Position numbers and translations under genes: made by a program. A stretch of 64,000 bases of DNA, taken from NCBI GenBank assembly GCA_030390025.1, contig CM059436.1, forward strand, positions 27,962,001 through 28,026,000, in the 5' to 3' direction. The first letter of the stretch is position 1. Each line of letters begins with the position of its first letter. The stretch comes from Squalus acanthias (taxonomy: Eukaryota). The notes beneath the pieces were generated by a model that saw only the letters and a program-made list of their open reading frames with translations, was not told the DNA's origin and did not search any database. Shown piece by piece: positions 13,967 to 27,299 of this stretch.

Positions 13967-14975
13967 CCTATTTCTCATCTACATGCTGCTCTTGGCGACA
14001 TCATCTGAAAACACAGCATCAGTTTCCACATGTACGCTGATGACACCCAGTTCTATGTCACCACCACTTCTCCACGGTGTCTAAATTGTTAGACTGCTTG
14101 TCCGGTATCCAGTTCTGGATGACCAGAAATTTTCTCCAATTAAATATTGGGAAGACTGAAGCCATTGTTTTCGGTCCCTGCCACAAACTCCGTTCGCTAG
14201 CCATTGACTCCATCCCTCACCCTAATATCTATCTGAGGCTGAACCACACTGTTCGCAACCTTGGCGTCATATTTGACCCTGAAATGAGCTTCCGACCACA
14301 TATCTGCCTACTTTCACCTCCGTAATATCACCCATCTCTGCCCTTGTCTCAGCTCATCCGCTGCTGAAACCCTCATCCATGCCTTTGTTAGCTCTAGGCT
14401 TGACTATTCCAACTCACTCCTGGCTGGCCTCCCACATTCTACCCTATGTAAACTTGTGGTCATCCAAAACTCAGCTGCCTGTGTCCTAACTCGCACAAAG
14501 TCCTGTTCACCCATCACCCCTGTGCTCCCTGACCTACATTGGATCCTGGTTAAGCAACGCCTTGATTTCAAAATTCTCATCCTTGTTTTCAAATCCCTCC
14601 ATGGCCTCGCCCCTCCCTATCTCTGTAATCTCCTCCAGCCCCACAACCCCCTGAGATATTTGCGCTCCTCTAATTCTGCCCTCTTGAGTATCCCTGATTA
14701 TAATCGCTCAACCATTGGTGGCCGTGCTTTCTGTTGCCTAGGTCCTAAGCTCTGGGATTCCCTGCCTAATCCTATCCACCTCTCTACCTCTCTTTCCTCC
14801 TTTAAGACACTCCTTAAAACCTACCTCTTTGACCAAGCTTTTGGTCATCTGCCCTAATATCTCCTTATGTGGCTCGGTGTCAAACTTTTTGTCTTATATT
14901 ACTCCTGTGAAGCACCTTGGGACGTTTTACTACGTTAAAGGCGCTATATAAATACAAATTGTTGTTGATGTTGAT
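13967..14975 (+). mobile_element. L2 LINE 3' portion (RT C-terminus and tail)
   Basis: LFLIYML...HMYADDTQ, NFLQLNIGKTEAIVFG, IQNSAA...PITPVLPDLHW...FKILILVFKSLHGLAPPYL...FKTLLKTYLF; tail AAAGGCGCTATATAAATAC followed by (TTG)n. Confidence 0.92.
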
Positions 14976-16355
14976 GAGAAGAAATTGGATTAAGGCGAAG
15001 GAGAAGCAGAAGGAGGGCGAGTACAACCCATTGCAGCCAGAGACGCCAGGGATCAATTGATACAACACCACTTCCAGTGACTTGCTCATTCCCCTCCTCT
15101 GAAAAGTGAAACAAAGCCCCTTTACATTAAAAGACCATGTTACCCCCCTTCACCACTCCCTTAACATTGAAACAATTCAGCCAACTTTTATATGAATAAC
15201 ATACTGACAATGCAGACTTAGAAGCTGCTATGGAAAGGTACTGCAGACCAAACTGCCAAATTTGATAATTAAATTAATACCAAACACAATAATTGCCATG
15301 AATTCATCTCTAACCCAAGTGTCAATGCATAATGCCTTTCTTAAAGTTTTACTAACTCTACTACTCCTACAAGGTGCTCCCCCAAGTGTCAGTTGGCAAA
15401 ATGCTGCTGTTGCTCCTGTTTTGACTCTTTAGATGCTTGTGGCTGATGACTTCTGGGGGCTCAAACCTGTGAGGACCCGGCTGCAGACTGAATCACTTCG
15501 GTTACAGCCAGGGTAGTCTACCTCAGCTGGCTTTCTGGCGTCATGGCAGGTATTAGTTGAGGGGCTGGTGAGGGAGCAGTCGTGCTGACATCCTGAGAGA
15601 GGGCAACACACACCGCTCCAATTGCACCACTGCCACTTCCAAAGGGCTGAGGCTGACCTGTGCCACTGACCTGCAAAAGATTAGACTGCAGAAGATGAGT
15701 TATGCCTTAAAAGCAATTCTATCCAACAGTCCAATTTTCAGCTCAGAGTTTGCATGGCAGCCATTTGAGCTTCTACCAAAGCTGCTATGGCTGGTAACAT
15801 AGATACCTGGTGTGAGAGCCAGGCTGCAGCATCCTTGGAGCTGGTCACATGCTCCAAGGCAGACTGCAGAGTGGTGATGCCGTGCAAGAGGACACCACAC
15901 AAGTTGAAAGTGGATTCCTCCATACTTTCAGCCATGGTGCTGAAACTCCTTGGCAGGCCTTCCAATACCTTGCATAACTGCTTGAGCGAGCCCAGCAGCA
16001 CTTATTTCATAGCTCGGCCCCTGAAATCTGCATCTCTGTCCTCCTCAACAGAGCTGGGAGAGCATCTCGCACTCTGGTGAGCCATCTACTGGGCTACCCC
16101 TGCCACCACTACCTGCTTCTGCTAACTCGTGCTGGGTGCATCACCACCTTTGTGCCTCACTCTCCAACCCAGCTGGGGTGCCAATCTCTGTACTGGTGTT
16201 TGGGAGGGATGGAATGCATGATGTTGCCTCCTCAGAAGGATTGTCCTTCTCGGAGGTGTCTTCTTCTAGAGGCTCTTGCTGCTGAGAAGGACCTGGAGAA
16301 AAGACAAAAGTTGGCCTGGCCCGATGTTGTCAAGCTGGCTGAATGTGCAATTTTC

Positions 16356-17539
16356 TGAGGTATAGGAATAGTGCCCTTAAAATTGCCTGAAGGTTTGCTG
16401 TTGAAATTCATATGAGAAATACCTTGTAAATTGCCTGAGGATGCCCGTACAATATCGAGTTCAGTTGTTGAACTGAGTGCTGGGAAATGAGTAGTTAACA
16501 CAGGCTTCCAAACATTGAATACAGGCTTTTAAGCAATTAAGTCATAATTGGTTAATTATGTTAATTAATTTTCTTAGTCTTTCTGTGTTAATCAGAAGAA
16601 GACTTTTATTTCCTGTATTATTCTTCTGAAAGAACTGCTACCTAGCAGTTGTAAGAGGTATCTGTACTAGTACAAGTTACCTTTAAGAACAGTGTCAGAG
16701 GTTAGAAATTGTGGCTACACTCGGCCATTACAGGCAGAGCTCAGAGTGTCACTTAATTATGAGGAGTCTGAGATTAAGAAAGAGGAGAAGGAAGCCAACT
16801 CAGATATCGTCACTCATGTGTAAGATGGGTTCAGTTGGAACCGAAGATTCAAGTGAAGTGGGTAACCCCACCACGAAGAGGGTCATTGACGCACCACTAC
16901 AGAAGCTAACGCCTGAGCCCTAGGAAATGGAGATTGACCCGACCACGCCACTCATGAGAATGAGGTTTTGTAACATTTGAATGCCAGTAGTCACACACGT
17001 AAGTGTGAGCTATTTGATAGACTGGTTATTCAAAGCTGTTATCTTGTCAGCTCTTAAAGTAATCTCACCAATTTATAACCTCAGACTCTGGTCACTGCTA
17101 TCCTTAATACTCAACATCCATTAGCGCTGATTTACAGTGATACACTGAATTGCCTGTGTAACCTTTGTTACTCAGTTTGTTGAGTAACTCTAGCCATCAA
17201 TGATTTGCTAACTGCTAGGTAATTCTGATTACATTTTGCATGTCTATTAAGTGTTCATGTACTCAACTTTAACTTTAAGTTGTGACTTGAAACTGATAAA
17301 GAGCAATTAGTGCATGACTTGTGGTCTGACTTCTTCCTTTGGAAATGAAGAGTTAATTCACTCACTCAGTATCTTGAGGGTAAACTAATTGAGGGTTAGT
17401 AAATTAAATTCATTTTGTTTATTGTAAGATAGCTCGGTGAGCCGAGAGAGGCATCATTCATTCCTAGACCTATGCTAGGAGGTAAAACACCAGACAGTTC
17501 ATTTGTAAGGAGTTAAAAAAGGGAATTAAGGATTTATCT
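16356..17539. mobile_element. Unclassified ~1.2 kb non-coding insertion, possibly a solo LTR, inside the Harbinger fossil
   Basis: AT-richer block separating Myb-like exon remnants; begins with TG. No clean CA end or TSD found. Confidence 0.3.
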
Positions 17540-18758
17540 GGTTCCTCGGTATATATTCGTAAGGATAGCAAAACCCAGTTTTCTTACAGAGATACATGAA
17601 GAGGTACAGAGACCCTGTTCAGATAGCACCCCCCAAGCCTCAAAATCTTCAATGCAGACAGATCTGGAGGGGTCATTGATCTTGAGAGCTTGGAGCTTCA
17701 GCTCAGAGAGGATCATGATGTTGGTTGTTCCTCCTACATCTTTTAGTAGCAAGCCTTGTGTTGTGTATCAGTTTCTCCTGCAGAAAGAAAGGACGAGAGT
17801 TAGTGCGTGTCTATTGAAAAGGAAAGTGTACATATGTGGGGCTTCTGCATGTTGTGTATATGCTGAGAGGGAAAAGAAGCAAAATGCAAACAGGATGGGG
17901 AGGTGTTGAATGGCAAGCAAGTGGCTGGAGTGTGAAGTGAGGAGGGAGTCATCACAGGAGTTCCTTGTTCTGCAAGAGTCACCATACGAGCACAGAATGC
18001 AGTTAGTAGCTGATGTGAAGGCAACAAGCAAGGGTGAGTGTGTGTTTGGATTGAGAATGAGGGGTGGTATAGTGTGCCCATGTGATGGGTGGTGAAGGTT
18101 GTGATGTAGGAGAGGAATTGTTCAGGGTGCTGGGAGTGGGGAAGGGATGACTGTTGTCAGCTGTTATTGGGAGAGATGGAGAAATGAAGAGCCAGACTCA
18201 CCCTTGCTGCTCTTGTCAGGTCATTGAATGCAGGTCCTGGGAGTGATGCTCCTGGAGCTGACAATCTCAGCCACATCTCTGCAGATGTGGTGAATGTTCA
18301 TTTTTAAACGTTCAAGCCATTGGTGGGGGTGGGGGGGAGAACTTCCCTCCTTGCCCTCACCTCTTTGTCCAGGACTTCCAGGGAGGCTTCAGAAAATCTG
18401 GATGTTTGCTTCCAACTCATTACTGCAGAACATTTTCCAGAAGGGAATGCAACCAACCTGTAAGAGATGCATTCCTGCATTAATTAGGCATGGAGGCCCG
18501 CCGGAAATTACACGCAAAGGTGAGCTTCCCTTTCCCGACACAATTGGATGGAAAACCCGCCTGTCAAATTGAAATGAGGCCTAGGAGTTAAAATGCCCTG
18601 GGTCTGAGATTTAGCCCAGTGAGTGGGTTTTATACCAGCCCTGGCCCCTGTCTGCCCAAACCTCTCTTTGGGTTAAACTTGACCCCAATGTGTGTGTAAG
18701 TGAAAGAGAAAATTTAATGTTTGAGAAAGAATATGTGTGGAAAACATAAAAAGACAGG

Positions 18759-19800
18759 GGTCTGGATTTTGCGGTCGGCGGCGTACCTACAGAGTACGCC
18801 ACCAGCATGTGAATAGAAGGCACACTTTCTTGATGGGGTCCCACCTTCATGGACTTGCCGTTTGATGCAGCATACTAGAGGACAGCGTAATGGCTCACCG
18901 ATCCCAGGGGCACAGCGTGTGCGGAAGCATACCTGGGATCACGTGGGCCTGGTGTTCCAATCAGTGGAAGGGCCGAGTTTCCTCTTAGAGTGTTGACAGA
19001 TATGAGGGAACCATTGCGTCAGGCTTATAGGAGAAAGGAGGGTGCAGACTGGCACCTGACACACTGAATGTTGCATAGTCCACTCACAGAACGGGCACGG
19101 TCAATGACAACAGCACTGTACGGTGACTTTAAAAGCTTTAATGTCAAGAAATATATAGTTAGGTTTAACATTTTGTTCTTTATTTGGGATTTAGTATCGG
19201 TTGAATTCAGTCAGTCACAACCATATGAAATACAGAGAACTGAACAGTGGCTCTCAGATTGCCCCACACAAAAAAACTGGTGAAATGACAGCACCAAGCT
19301 TCAACATCAGGATTTCAATAATATAGAGATTAAATGTGTAGACACCAAAACAAACTAACAAAAATAGCTCTTCACAATTCTACGAAGCTCATGGCTAAAT
19401 TATTCACATGGAGCTCAGGTGCTTCTATCTGTTGTAAATGTTCCAATTTCACTTTTATGTGAGCTAAATAATGTTAAAACATGTCGAATGATGCATTGGA
19501 TCTTTTGAGGTATCCCCTTAGGCTGATGCAAACAAGGCCTATACCTGTTTGCACCAGCCGTAAAATTTTCATACGTAATTGCTGAGCAGTTGGTGGGCAA
19601 TTAGCCCAACTCTGCACCAGCAATGAGGATTTCCCCATCGGTGTGGATCATTTGTCAAGTCGGAACTTGATAGATTGCAAGTTCGGGATTTAGCGCTTGT
19701 GCAAGTGCATGTGGAAATCTCGAACTTGCGGTCCATTTCAAAGACGGTATGACGGCATACTCTGAGAGTACACCATCATACCCACCACAAATTCTGGCTC
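18759..19800. mobile_element. Harbinger-type non-autonomous element (~1.04 kb)
   Basis: Imperfect TIRs GGTCTGGATTTTGC / ACAAATTCTGGCTC with subterminal GTACnnnCAGAGTA(C/T)GCC at both ends. 3-bp duplication AGG (18756-18758, 19801-19803). Splits a GT/GA tract. Confidence 0.7.
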
Positions 19801-19923
19801 AGGATGTTTGTGAGAGAGAGAATGTGTGGGTAGAGAGAGAAAAGAGATAGCCTGTGTGAATGAGAAAGCAAGAGAAAGAGAAAATATATTTGTGAAACAG
19901 AATGTGTGTGGGAGAGAGAAAGC

Positions 19924-21108
19924 GAATCATAGAATCATAGAATGATACAGCACAGACGGTGGCCATTCAGCCCATCGTGCCTATGCCGGTTTTTTGAAAG
20001 AGCTATCCAATTAATCCCACTCTCCTGCCCTTTCCCCATAGCCCAGCAAATTTGTCCTTTTCAAGTATTTATTCAATTCCCTTTTGAAAGTTATTATTGA
20101 ATCTGCTTCCACCACCATTTCAGGCAGTGCATTCCAGATCATAACAACCCGCTGCGTAAAAAAAAAATGTCTTCATGTCGCCTCTGGTTCTTTTGCCAAT
20201 TACCTTACATCTGTGTCCTCTGGTTACTAACCCTTCTGCCACTGGAAACAATTTCTCCTCATTTACTCCATCGAAACCTGTCAAGATTTTGAATACCTCT
20301 ATCAAATCTCCCCTTAACCTTCTCTGCTCTAAAGAGAACAACCCCAGTTTCTCTAGTTTCTCCACGTAACTGAAGTATTTCATCCCTGGTACCATTCTGG
20401 TAAATCTCATCTGAACCCTCTCTAAGTCCTTGATAGTCTTCCTAAAATGTAGTGCCCAGAATTGGCCACAATACTCTGGCTGGGGCCGAACCAGTGTTTT
20501 ATAAAGGTTTAACATAACTTCATTGTTTTTGTATTCTATGCCTCTATTTATAAAGCCAAGGATCCCGTATGCCTTTTTAACAGCCTTCTCAACTTGTCCT
20601 GCCACCTTCAAACATTTGTGTACATACACCCTCAGGTCTCTCTGTCACAGCACCCACTTTAAAATTGTACCCTTTAGTTTATATTGCCTCACCTCATTCT
20701 TCCTACCAAAATGAATTCAGACTTCTCTGCATTAAATGTCATCTTCCATGTGTCTGTCTATGTCCTCCTGAAGTCTATTATTATCCTCCTCACGGTTTAT
20801 TATATTTCTGAGTTTCATCTCATCTGCAAACTTTGAAATTATGCCCTGAATACCCAAGTCCAGTTCGTCAATATATATCAAGAGCAGTGGTCCCAACACT
20901 GACCCCACTGCAAACTTCCCTCCGGTCTGAAAAACAACCGTTCACCACTACTCTCTGCTTTCGGTCCCTTAGCCACTGCCCCTTTAATCCCATGCACTTC
21001 AATTTTGCTAACAAGTCTATTATGTGGTACCTCATCAAACTTTTGGAAGTCCATATACACAACATCAACCGCACTACCCTCATCCACCCTCTCATTTCTT
21101 CATCAAAG
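19924..21108 (-). mobile_element. CR1 LINE 3' portion
   Basis: VDVVYMDFQK...VPHNRL and AYGILGFINRGIEYK...LYKTLVRP...LEQRRLRGDLIEVFKI; terminal (GAATCATA)n repeat at 19924-19942. Confidence 0.93.
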
Positions 21109-23983
21109 AATGTGCCTCTGAAATCAAGAATGAATGTGTGTGAAATCTGTGTGTGAAAGAAAAGGCTTGTGTGAGAGAAAGCAATGTGTGTGTAAGAATG
21201 TGTGTATGTAAAATAAAGCGTGTGCAGGTGTTTGAGAGAGCATGTGCGAAATTGTTAACGGGCGTGTGAGACAGAAAGTGTGAGTGGCCTCGGACATATA
21301 AATGCGAGCGTATCGTGTGCGAGATGGGCACGATGGAAAGGGGAAATATCCCTTACATTACAACAGTAATTACACTTCAAACCTTAATTCATTGGCTGTA
21401 AAGTTGGACGTAAAAGGGCGTCATGTAAATGCAAGTTATTTCTGTATATGCACGAGACCACAGTCAGTGTGTGGGTGTGTAGTGGGCTGAGGAATAGTCT
21501 ATGAATGTATGTGATAGTGTATGAGAGAGATGGTGCTCGCTCGTGTGTGTCTGTGTACGCGGGGTATATTAGTAAATGCAGAGTATTTCTGTTATATCTT
21601 GTAATGTGGTGGTTGTTGCCTATCCTTATGAAAATGTCCTCACTCGTATATTAATCTGTTGTTTTGCATTACCAGTTGATCAGAGCGGAGAACTTGTTAA
21701 ACTGATTTTTTTTCGAACTGTTACCTGCTGTCCCGTATCGCAGTGCAGCTACATCTTTTTAGCAACAAGCTTTTAGCATTAAATGGCTAATTTATAACCA
21801 GTTAAATATGTACATTATTGAAACAGCAAAAGTGTTTAGTGATTGATTGGGACTGGAAAGTGAAGTGCAACAGCTATTTATCAACAAAAGAGTAACTGTT
21901 TCACAGAACGCTGTACCAGCCAGGAAAACAAGTAGATGGAATTGTTTTACAGTCAAGCAGCTGGTCGTTTTTGAATGGTAATTGTTTAACGTTATATTGG
22001 AACAAAATACACTTACTCCTCATTTGGATATTTGGAAACGAGCAGAGTTGGTTCCAATGTAAAGTCGTATAATTAAGCATAAACATTAAAATATAAGTCA
22101 CATGGAATTCGAAATCAAACAATGCACCCGCAATATCGATGGGATCGCTTAATCACAGCTGTCATTATACATTAATACAGTTTTTCATAGATTACCGCAA
22201 CAAATGAGTAACCGGATACTTGTTAAATTCTGACAAGTGAGGGTTATCTTAATGAAATCGTAACGTTCCAATGTTTAATGTGCTGAATATTTATACACCC
22301 TAAAGTCAACTGTGAAATTTATGATCTTCAACCCCCCGAACTGCTCCTGACCTGTGAGGGTGTAAGAACAACATTATCCAACGGTTTACCTTGATAACTG
22401 TCACTTGTCAATAGCAAATCGTCACTGTGGGATTCAGAGCGTGTACAAAGAGAGCTGCAGCTCCGGAGCGTATTTTCACTGTAAATCTGGGTTCGTCTGT
22501 TGCAGCCTCTGCTTTAACACCCACCCCCCCCCCCCTCCCCCACCCACAAACACACACACACTTTCTCAGCAGTTCTGTAAAATGTATTTTTTTAAACTGC
22601 GCTCGCCCGCAGAAAATTCCTCATATTGCAGGGTCACCAGCCCCGTGCAGCAATTCACCTGGGACCAGATGGGAACAGATAAATTCCACAATGTAAGGAC
22701 TAAATTTACATCGTTCTTTTCAAAGGGGTTCGTTTGCCGTTTGACATCTGAAAGGTATTTTGTTAGTTATGAGAATTCAGGCTGCTTTATTTGGGCGTGG
22801 ATGGGGAGGCAGACATTATTGGATAAAGAACAGGCGTTAAATTGTTGCAAAAGAATAATCAGCTTCCTAATGTGTTGATGGACAAAGGTAATGACACACT
22901 GTTTATCCATTATACAGGCAATGCTGGTTAACACTACTGTACTTGTATTATAAAACCACTTATACGCATAGGATAATGTTACTGATCATATTGGTAATAT
23001 AATCGTACCATGTTATTGTAGTATCCTATGAACAAGTAAGAGTTGACTCAGTGACTGATACTCTAGCATATTCCAGTATGGCAAGAGCAGGGGAATACCA
23101 GGGATACCGTGTAGGAACAGAGGTAGGGGAAGAGGTCCATGATTATTCGAGCACAACTACCTTGTATCTGACACATTATTATTCACACAGTATCAACATC
23201 AAACACGGAATTATGAATATAGTGGCTGGACACCGAGTTATTGTAATATTTGCTGACAGAATATACGATGAGGATGTGAGAAAGAAGTGGATGACGGCTC
23301 GCCAACTCGTAGTAAGTCGTGTGACGTTATATACATTTTCTAAAAATGACAAGCCCTAACTTTTCTTGAATTATTATAAAAAAATGATGTGCCTGCATAT
23401 TATCTAAACTTCCTTTCCACCAAGTTAATCATAATTGTTACTTTGCTGGCAAATATTATTGTATATTCATGAAACAGGGTCATTGGAATCAACACGGAAT
23501 GTTTAAAAGTACTACTTTAAGCTTGCACTCTACTGGGCATATATGTTTTCACTCGGAATATATCAAAAGGGTGTGTAAATAAATTAGCCACATAGAGGTA
23601 CCTTTTTATATTGACTTTTTTTGCTAAGAGAAAATGCGAAATCGTTGGATGTACTGCACATGAGACCTGTGGCTGGTATTAGATCACAGACAGGAAGACA
23701 AAGGACAGCTCAAGATCGACATTTACGAAGCAAAAGCAACATGCTACCCAGGCAGTGGAAGAGGAAAGCGCTTCAGTAGAACTATATACTGCTTCAAGTC
23801 AAAAAATAGCTTGTTTCAAAAACGTGATCTAATGACACTAGAAAAGGTGTAGGACGAAGTGGGGAAATAAGTTGAGGGGAAAAACTATGTTTTGGAGAAA
23901 AGCAACAAATAGGTCATAAATATATTGATCTACAGTTTCAACAGACGCGGGTGCTCTTCTCACGAAGAGTAATATTCACAATT

Positions 23984-24087
23984 GGGCTAGAATTGCTCCG
24001 GTGGCAATATGTAGCCACACGGTAAATCCGTCAAAAAAGAACGTGGTTGTGAAGTTGCCATACATAGCAACCAAAATAATTCTTCCC
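23984..24087. repeat. Degenerate palindromic miniature element (copy A)
   Basis: Imperfect inverted ends GGGCTAGAATTGCTCCGGTGGCAAT / ATAGCAACCAAAATAATTCTTCCC. Shares GTAAATCCGT and CTTCCCTAT with 33681-33854. Confidence 0.5.
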
Positions 24088-25419
24088 TATTTGTTAAACA
24101 AGCAATAATTTCATCATAACAGAAGAATCATTCTTTATAATACGTGTAACGGAACATTGGTATATTTTCGCTAAGGATGGAATTTCGCCATATTCAACGT
24201 ATTTAGGGCCAGTGCCCTTTGCCTTCCAAGTATTACTTTCTGAAATGGTGGCGGAGAAATGTCAGTTGTCTGTTACTCGGACTCTTCTGCCAATCTCGAG
24301 ATGAGTTTGTTGAGCATTTTGTTCGGTCACTGGCGATATTGCCACATGAAGGAAGAGGGAAAATGAACGTTGCCATATTTACCTAGCACAACCTGTTGCC
24401 TGATTACAACGTTGCACTGATGGTGCTCATGGAGTAAGATCTGTGGTCTGTAGCATTTTGCTTTCTCGAAGTCGTATGGAGGCTAGAGAGCGAGAATATT
24501 TATGTATAGCTATGTTTCCTTGACAATTCTTTGGTACTTCGAATGAATTACCTTGAGCTGTGATAAATATCATTTCAACCGAAAGAGTAAAATTGAAGAG
24601 GCATATTTATTGCTTCTTCTCGGCAGGTAATAATATCAGAAAGCTACCTGCTGAAAAAGAAATCTGTGAGCAGTTTGCCTTTTAACATATGCTAATTTAA
24701 TTCGTTCAGTTTATGGAGGTTAGCTATTAACACACAAATAAACTCCCCAGTTGTCCCGCCAACAGCAAATCTCCATTTATTAACAAAACGTCTTAATGAG
24801 ACACATCATATCTTGATATTTCTTGTTTCCTTCGTATTTTAGCCAGCAGCAGGTAGTCTCCTGCTATCAGCATCTTTCGACCAAAAAAAACTTTTAACAG
24901 CCTTGTTGTCACTAGACATTGATGCCCTAGCCGCTTCCTGCCAGTTCTAATGACTTAAAACCGTTGGAGTTCTGCATGCTCATGTTTTTCCTATCAGTGG
25001 CGTGCAGGACAGTCATTACCGCGCACCCCCCAAATACACACATTAACACATTTTGTGTTTAAACGTGAGTTAAACACATGTTTTTAATGAAGTCCCCTAA
25101 TTTAAGAAAAAAAACTCCTACGTAGACATTTATTGTTTCCTTATGTACTTTAGCAAGCAGCAACATCATGATATTACTTCCGGCGACAAGGGATTGATAA
25201 CAATCTCTCCAAACTTGTTTTCCTCTGATATGGTATGATAAAAGGGAATTAGTCTAGCAAACAAAATATTGGAGGAGTTGTTTGAAGTTATGAGTTTCGC
25301 TTGAAGTGAAGGCTCCAAGAAAGTGTCAATCCACTTCTGTTTCATCTTTGAAAACATTACACCTATTGTGCATTTCTGGCCTGCATTACCGAAGGGGGAA
25401 AAACACACAGAAAAAAGAG

Positions 25420-25745
25420 ATAAAGGAACTGACACAGAGCCATGGTACCAGAGTTAAGACAAGTAACCCAAAGACTAGTCAAAAATAAGTTTTGAGAAGT
25501 CTTTTAAAGGTGGAGACAGAAGCAAAGAGGTGGAGGGGTTTTGGATGGGGACTCCAGAGAGTAGGGTGAGAGGCTGAAGGCTCACCCATCAGTGGTGGGG
25601 CAAACAGAGGGGATCAAGGGCTAGAGTCAAAGTATCAAAGGGTATCAGAAGGGATGTAAGGCTGAAGGAAGTTAAGGAGACATGGCAGGGTAAGACCATG
25701 CAGGGATTTGAAAACAACAATGAGAATTTTAAATTCAATGTGCTT
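25420..25745 (-). mobile_element. Old L2 LINE fragment
   Basis: GGATTTGAAAACAACAATGAGAATTTTAAA and neighbouring sequence align with the L2 at 57480-57755. Confidence 0.7.
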
Positions 25746-25819
25746 TTATTAATTATTTTGTGCTAATTAGGGTGAAGAATATTAATCCTGGTGAATGGAA
25801 CACTATTCAATTTCAGATA

Positions 25820-26200
25820 TCCAGTGTTAGCATCAAATACTACCTGGTAATGTACAGCAAAGGCTGTAATAGTTACACACATTCTACTATGTCCCAAGGT
25901 ATGTCTTTGTCCTAATCTCAAAGAGCAGTTTTTACTGCCCAGTATACATTGCCATTTACTACACCAGCCATCCTCGGGACATCCTCCCTCGGTGAGATTG
26001 CCAATTCATGGCAGTTTTGTGTTAAAGTTCCTTGCGTGATAGCGACTGGGTTGATAACGCTTACATTAAATTAAAATCCTTACAACTGGGGGGGGGGGGG
26101 AGGAGACAGAGGAGACATTTAATCCATCAGTTTCTGCTGATTGAAACCCAGGTCTAGGGTAGAAGAACAATGTGTTAACTCACTGCCTTACCCAATCTCC
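25820..26200 (-). mobile_element. Highly diverged tRNA-headed SINE (LF-SINE-like)
   Basis: The - strand has tRNA-like A/B boxes near 26195-26140; GCCAAT...CAGTTTTGTG resembles 39080-39112. Confidence 0.4.
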
Positions 26201-26589
26201 TGAACCTTGATTTATATCTTAAACATAACTTCATACTAGAAACAGGATAAATTCCACACACTGCCAAATTTAAGGGACATAAGACAGTCTCAGCCTTAAT
26301 GCATTCTGTGGTTAGTTCACATTGAAGAAAGAAAGCCTGATTTTTCATTGCTGTGCTTTTGTTTTACAACCATTTCTACAGCTCGTTCTCATCATAAAGG
26401 ACAATTTTTCTGATGTCTTTGTGGTGGTCCTTAGCTACTGTGCTCTGCTGTCTGTTCTGGACCCTCTTATCTTTCTATTTGCACAGTGCTTACTTGTCCA
26501 CAGCAAGGTTATTTAATTTGAGTCGTTTTTGCTTTGGCAGTGGGTTTTCTATTATAGCTGTGCTCCAGTATCCAAGGGCTTTGCATAAA

Positions 26590-26745
26590 AAGATTATTTG
26601 GTCATTATCTCATTGCTGTTTGTGGGACCTTGCTGTGTGCAAATTGGCTGCCGCATTTCTTACATTACTTCTAATGTACGTCATTGGCTGTAAAGTACAT
26701 GGGATGTCATGAGAGGAGCTATATAAATGCAAGTCTTTCTTTCAT
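26590..26745 (+). mobile_element. Deu-SINE 3' fragment
   Basis: CATTGCTGTTTGTGGGA...CAAATTGGCTGCC...CTATATAAATGCAAGTCTTTCTT aligns with 1820-1992. Confidence 0.8.
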
Positions 26746-27299
26746 TCTTTTTTATTATTTTATTCACCGTTGCATTCGGTGAGTTACATTTTTTTCTCTC
26801 CAAAGAATAACAAGAAGTTAGAAGCATCTCTGATGATCAGAAATAGGGAAATATTAAGGAGTCAACTAACTGTGCTTTACTCACCATAGCGCAATATCAT
26901 AGAATCTGTAGACAGGCTACCTTCAATATTCCTGTATTTTTCACCCTCAGAGGTCATTCGACCTTCATGTTATGATTTTATGAACAGAAAGACCAGGAAT
27001 AAACCATAGCAAACCTTTAATATTATAGATATTTCCAAAAATGCTCAGCACTTCCAACGGAAAGAGCACATTCATTTAAAGAAATTTAGATTCCCCATTG
27101 ATGTTTTTCCACAAAAATGTAAATATTGTTTCTATCCATGAATGGAATTTGTTTTAGTGCAAAATTTGAGTAGACTATTTCATTCATAGAAAAATCAAAC
27201 TACAAATTGGTGCCAAAACTCAATAACAGTAGGCGAAACAAACCAGGAAATTCCTCCGAGCTGCTCCCGCTCTGCCAGCTTTACATATTGCATTGAAAC

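Larger units (their letters stand above)
13770..18581. mobile_element. Fossil PIF/Harbinger DNA transposon (transposase on +, Myb/SANT-like gene on -) with nested insertions
   Basis: + strand 13800-13955 gives KQRFKCLDRSGGTLQY...CCMLHNMA, a Harbinger DDE C-terminus, resuming after the L2 as ARDQLIQHHFQ* (~15045-15080). The - strand gives DVAEIVSSRSITPRT...FNDLTRAAR|GT (18285-18200), ag|EKLIHNK...GGTTNIMILSELKLQALKI (from 17779) and ESMEESTFNL (15738-16001). Confidence 0.75.

Noticed and set aside
13800-14084. Domesticated HARBI1-like gene
   Set aside because: Only a C-terminal fragment, fused by chance to an inserted L2. The upstream catalytic region is missing.
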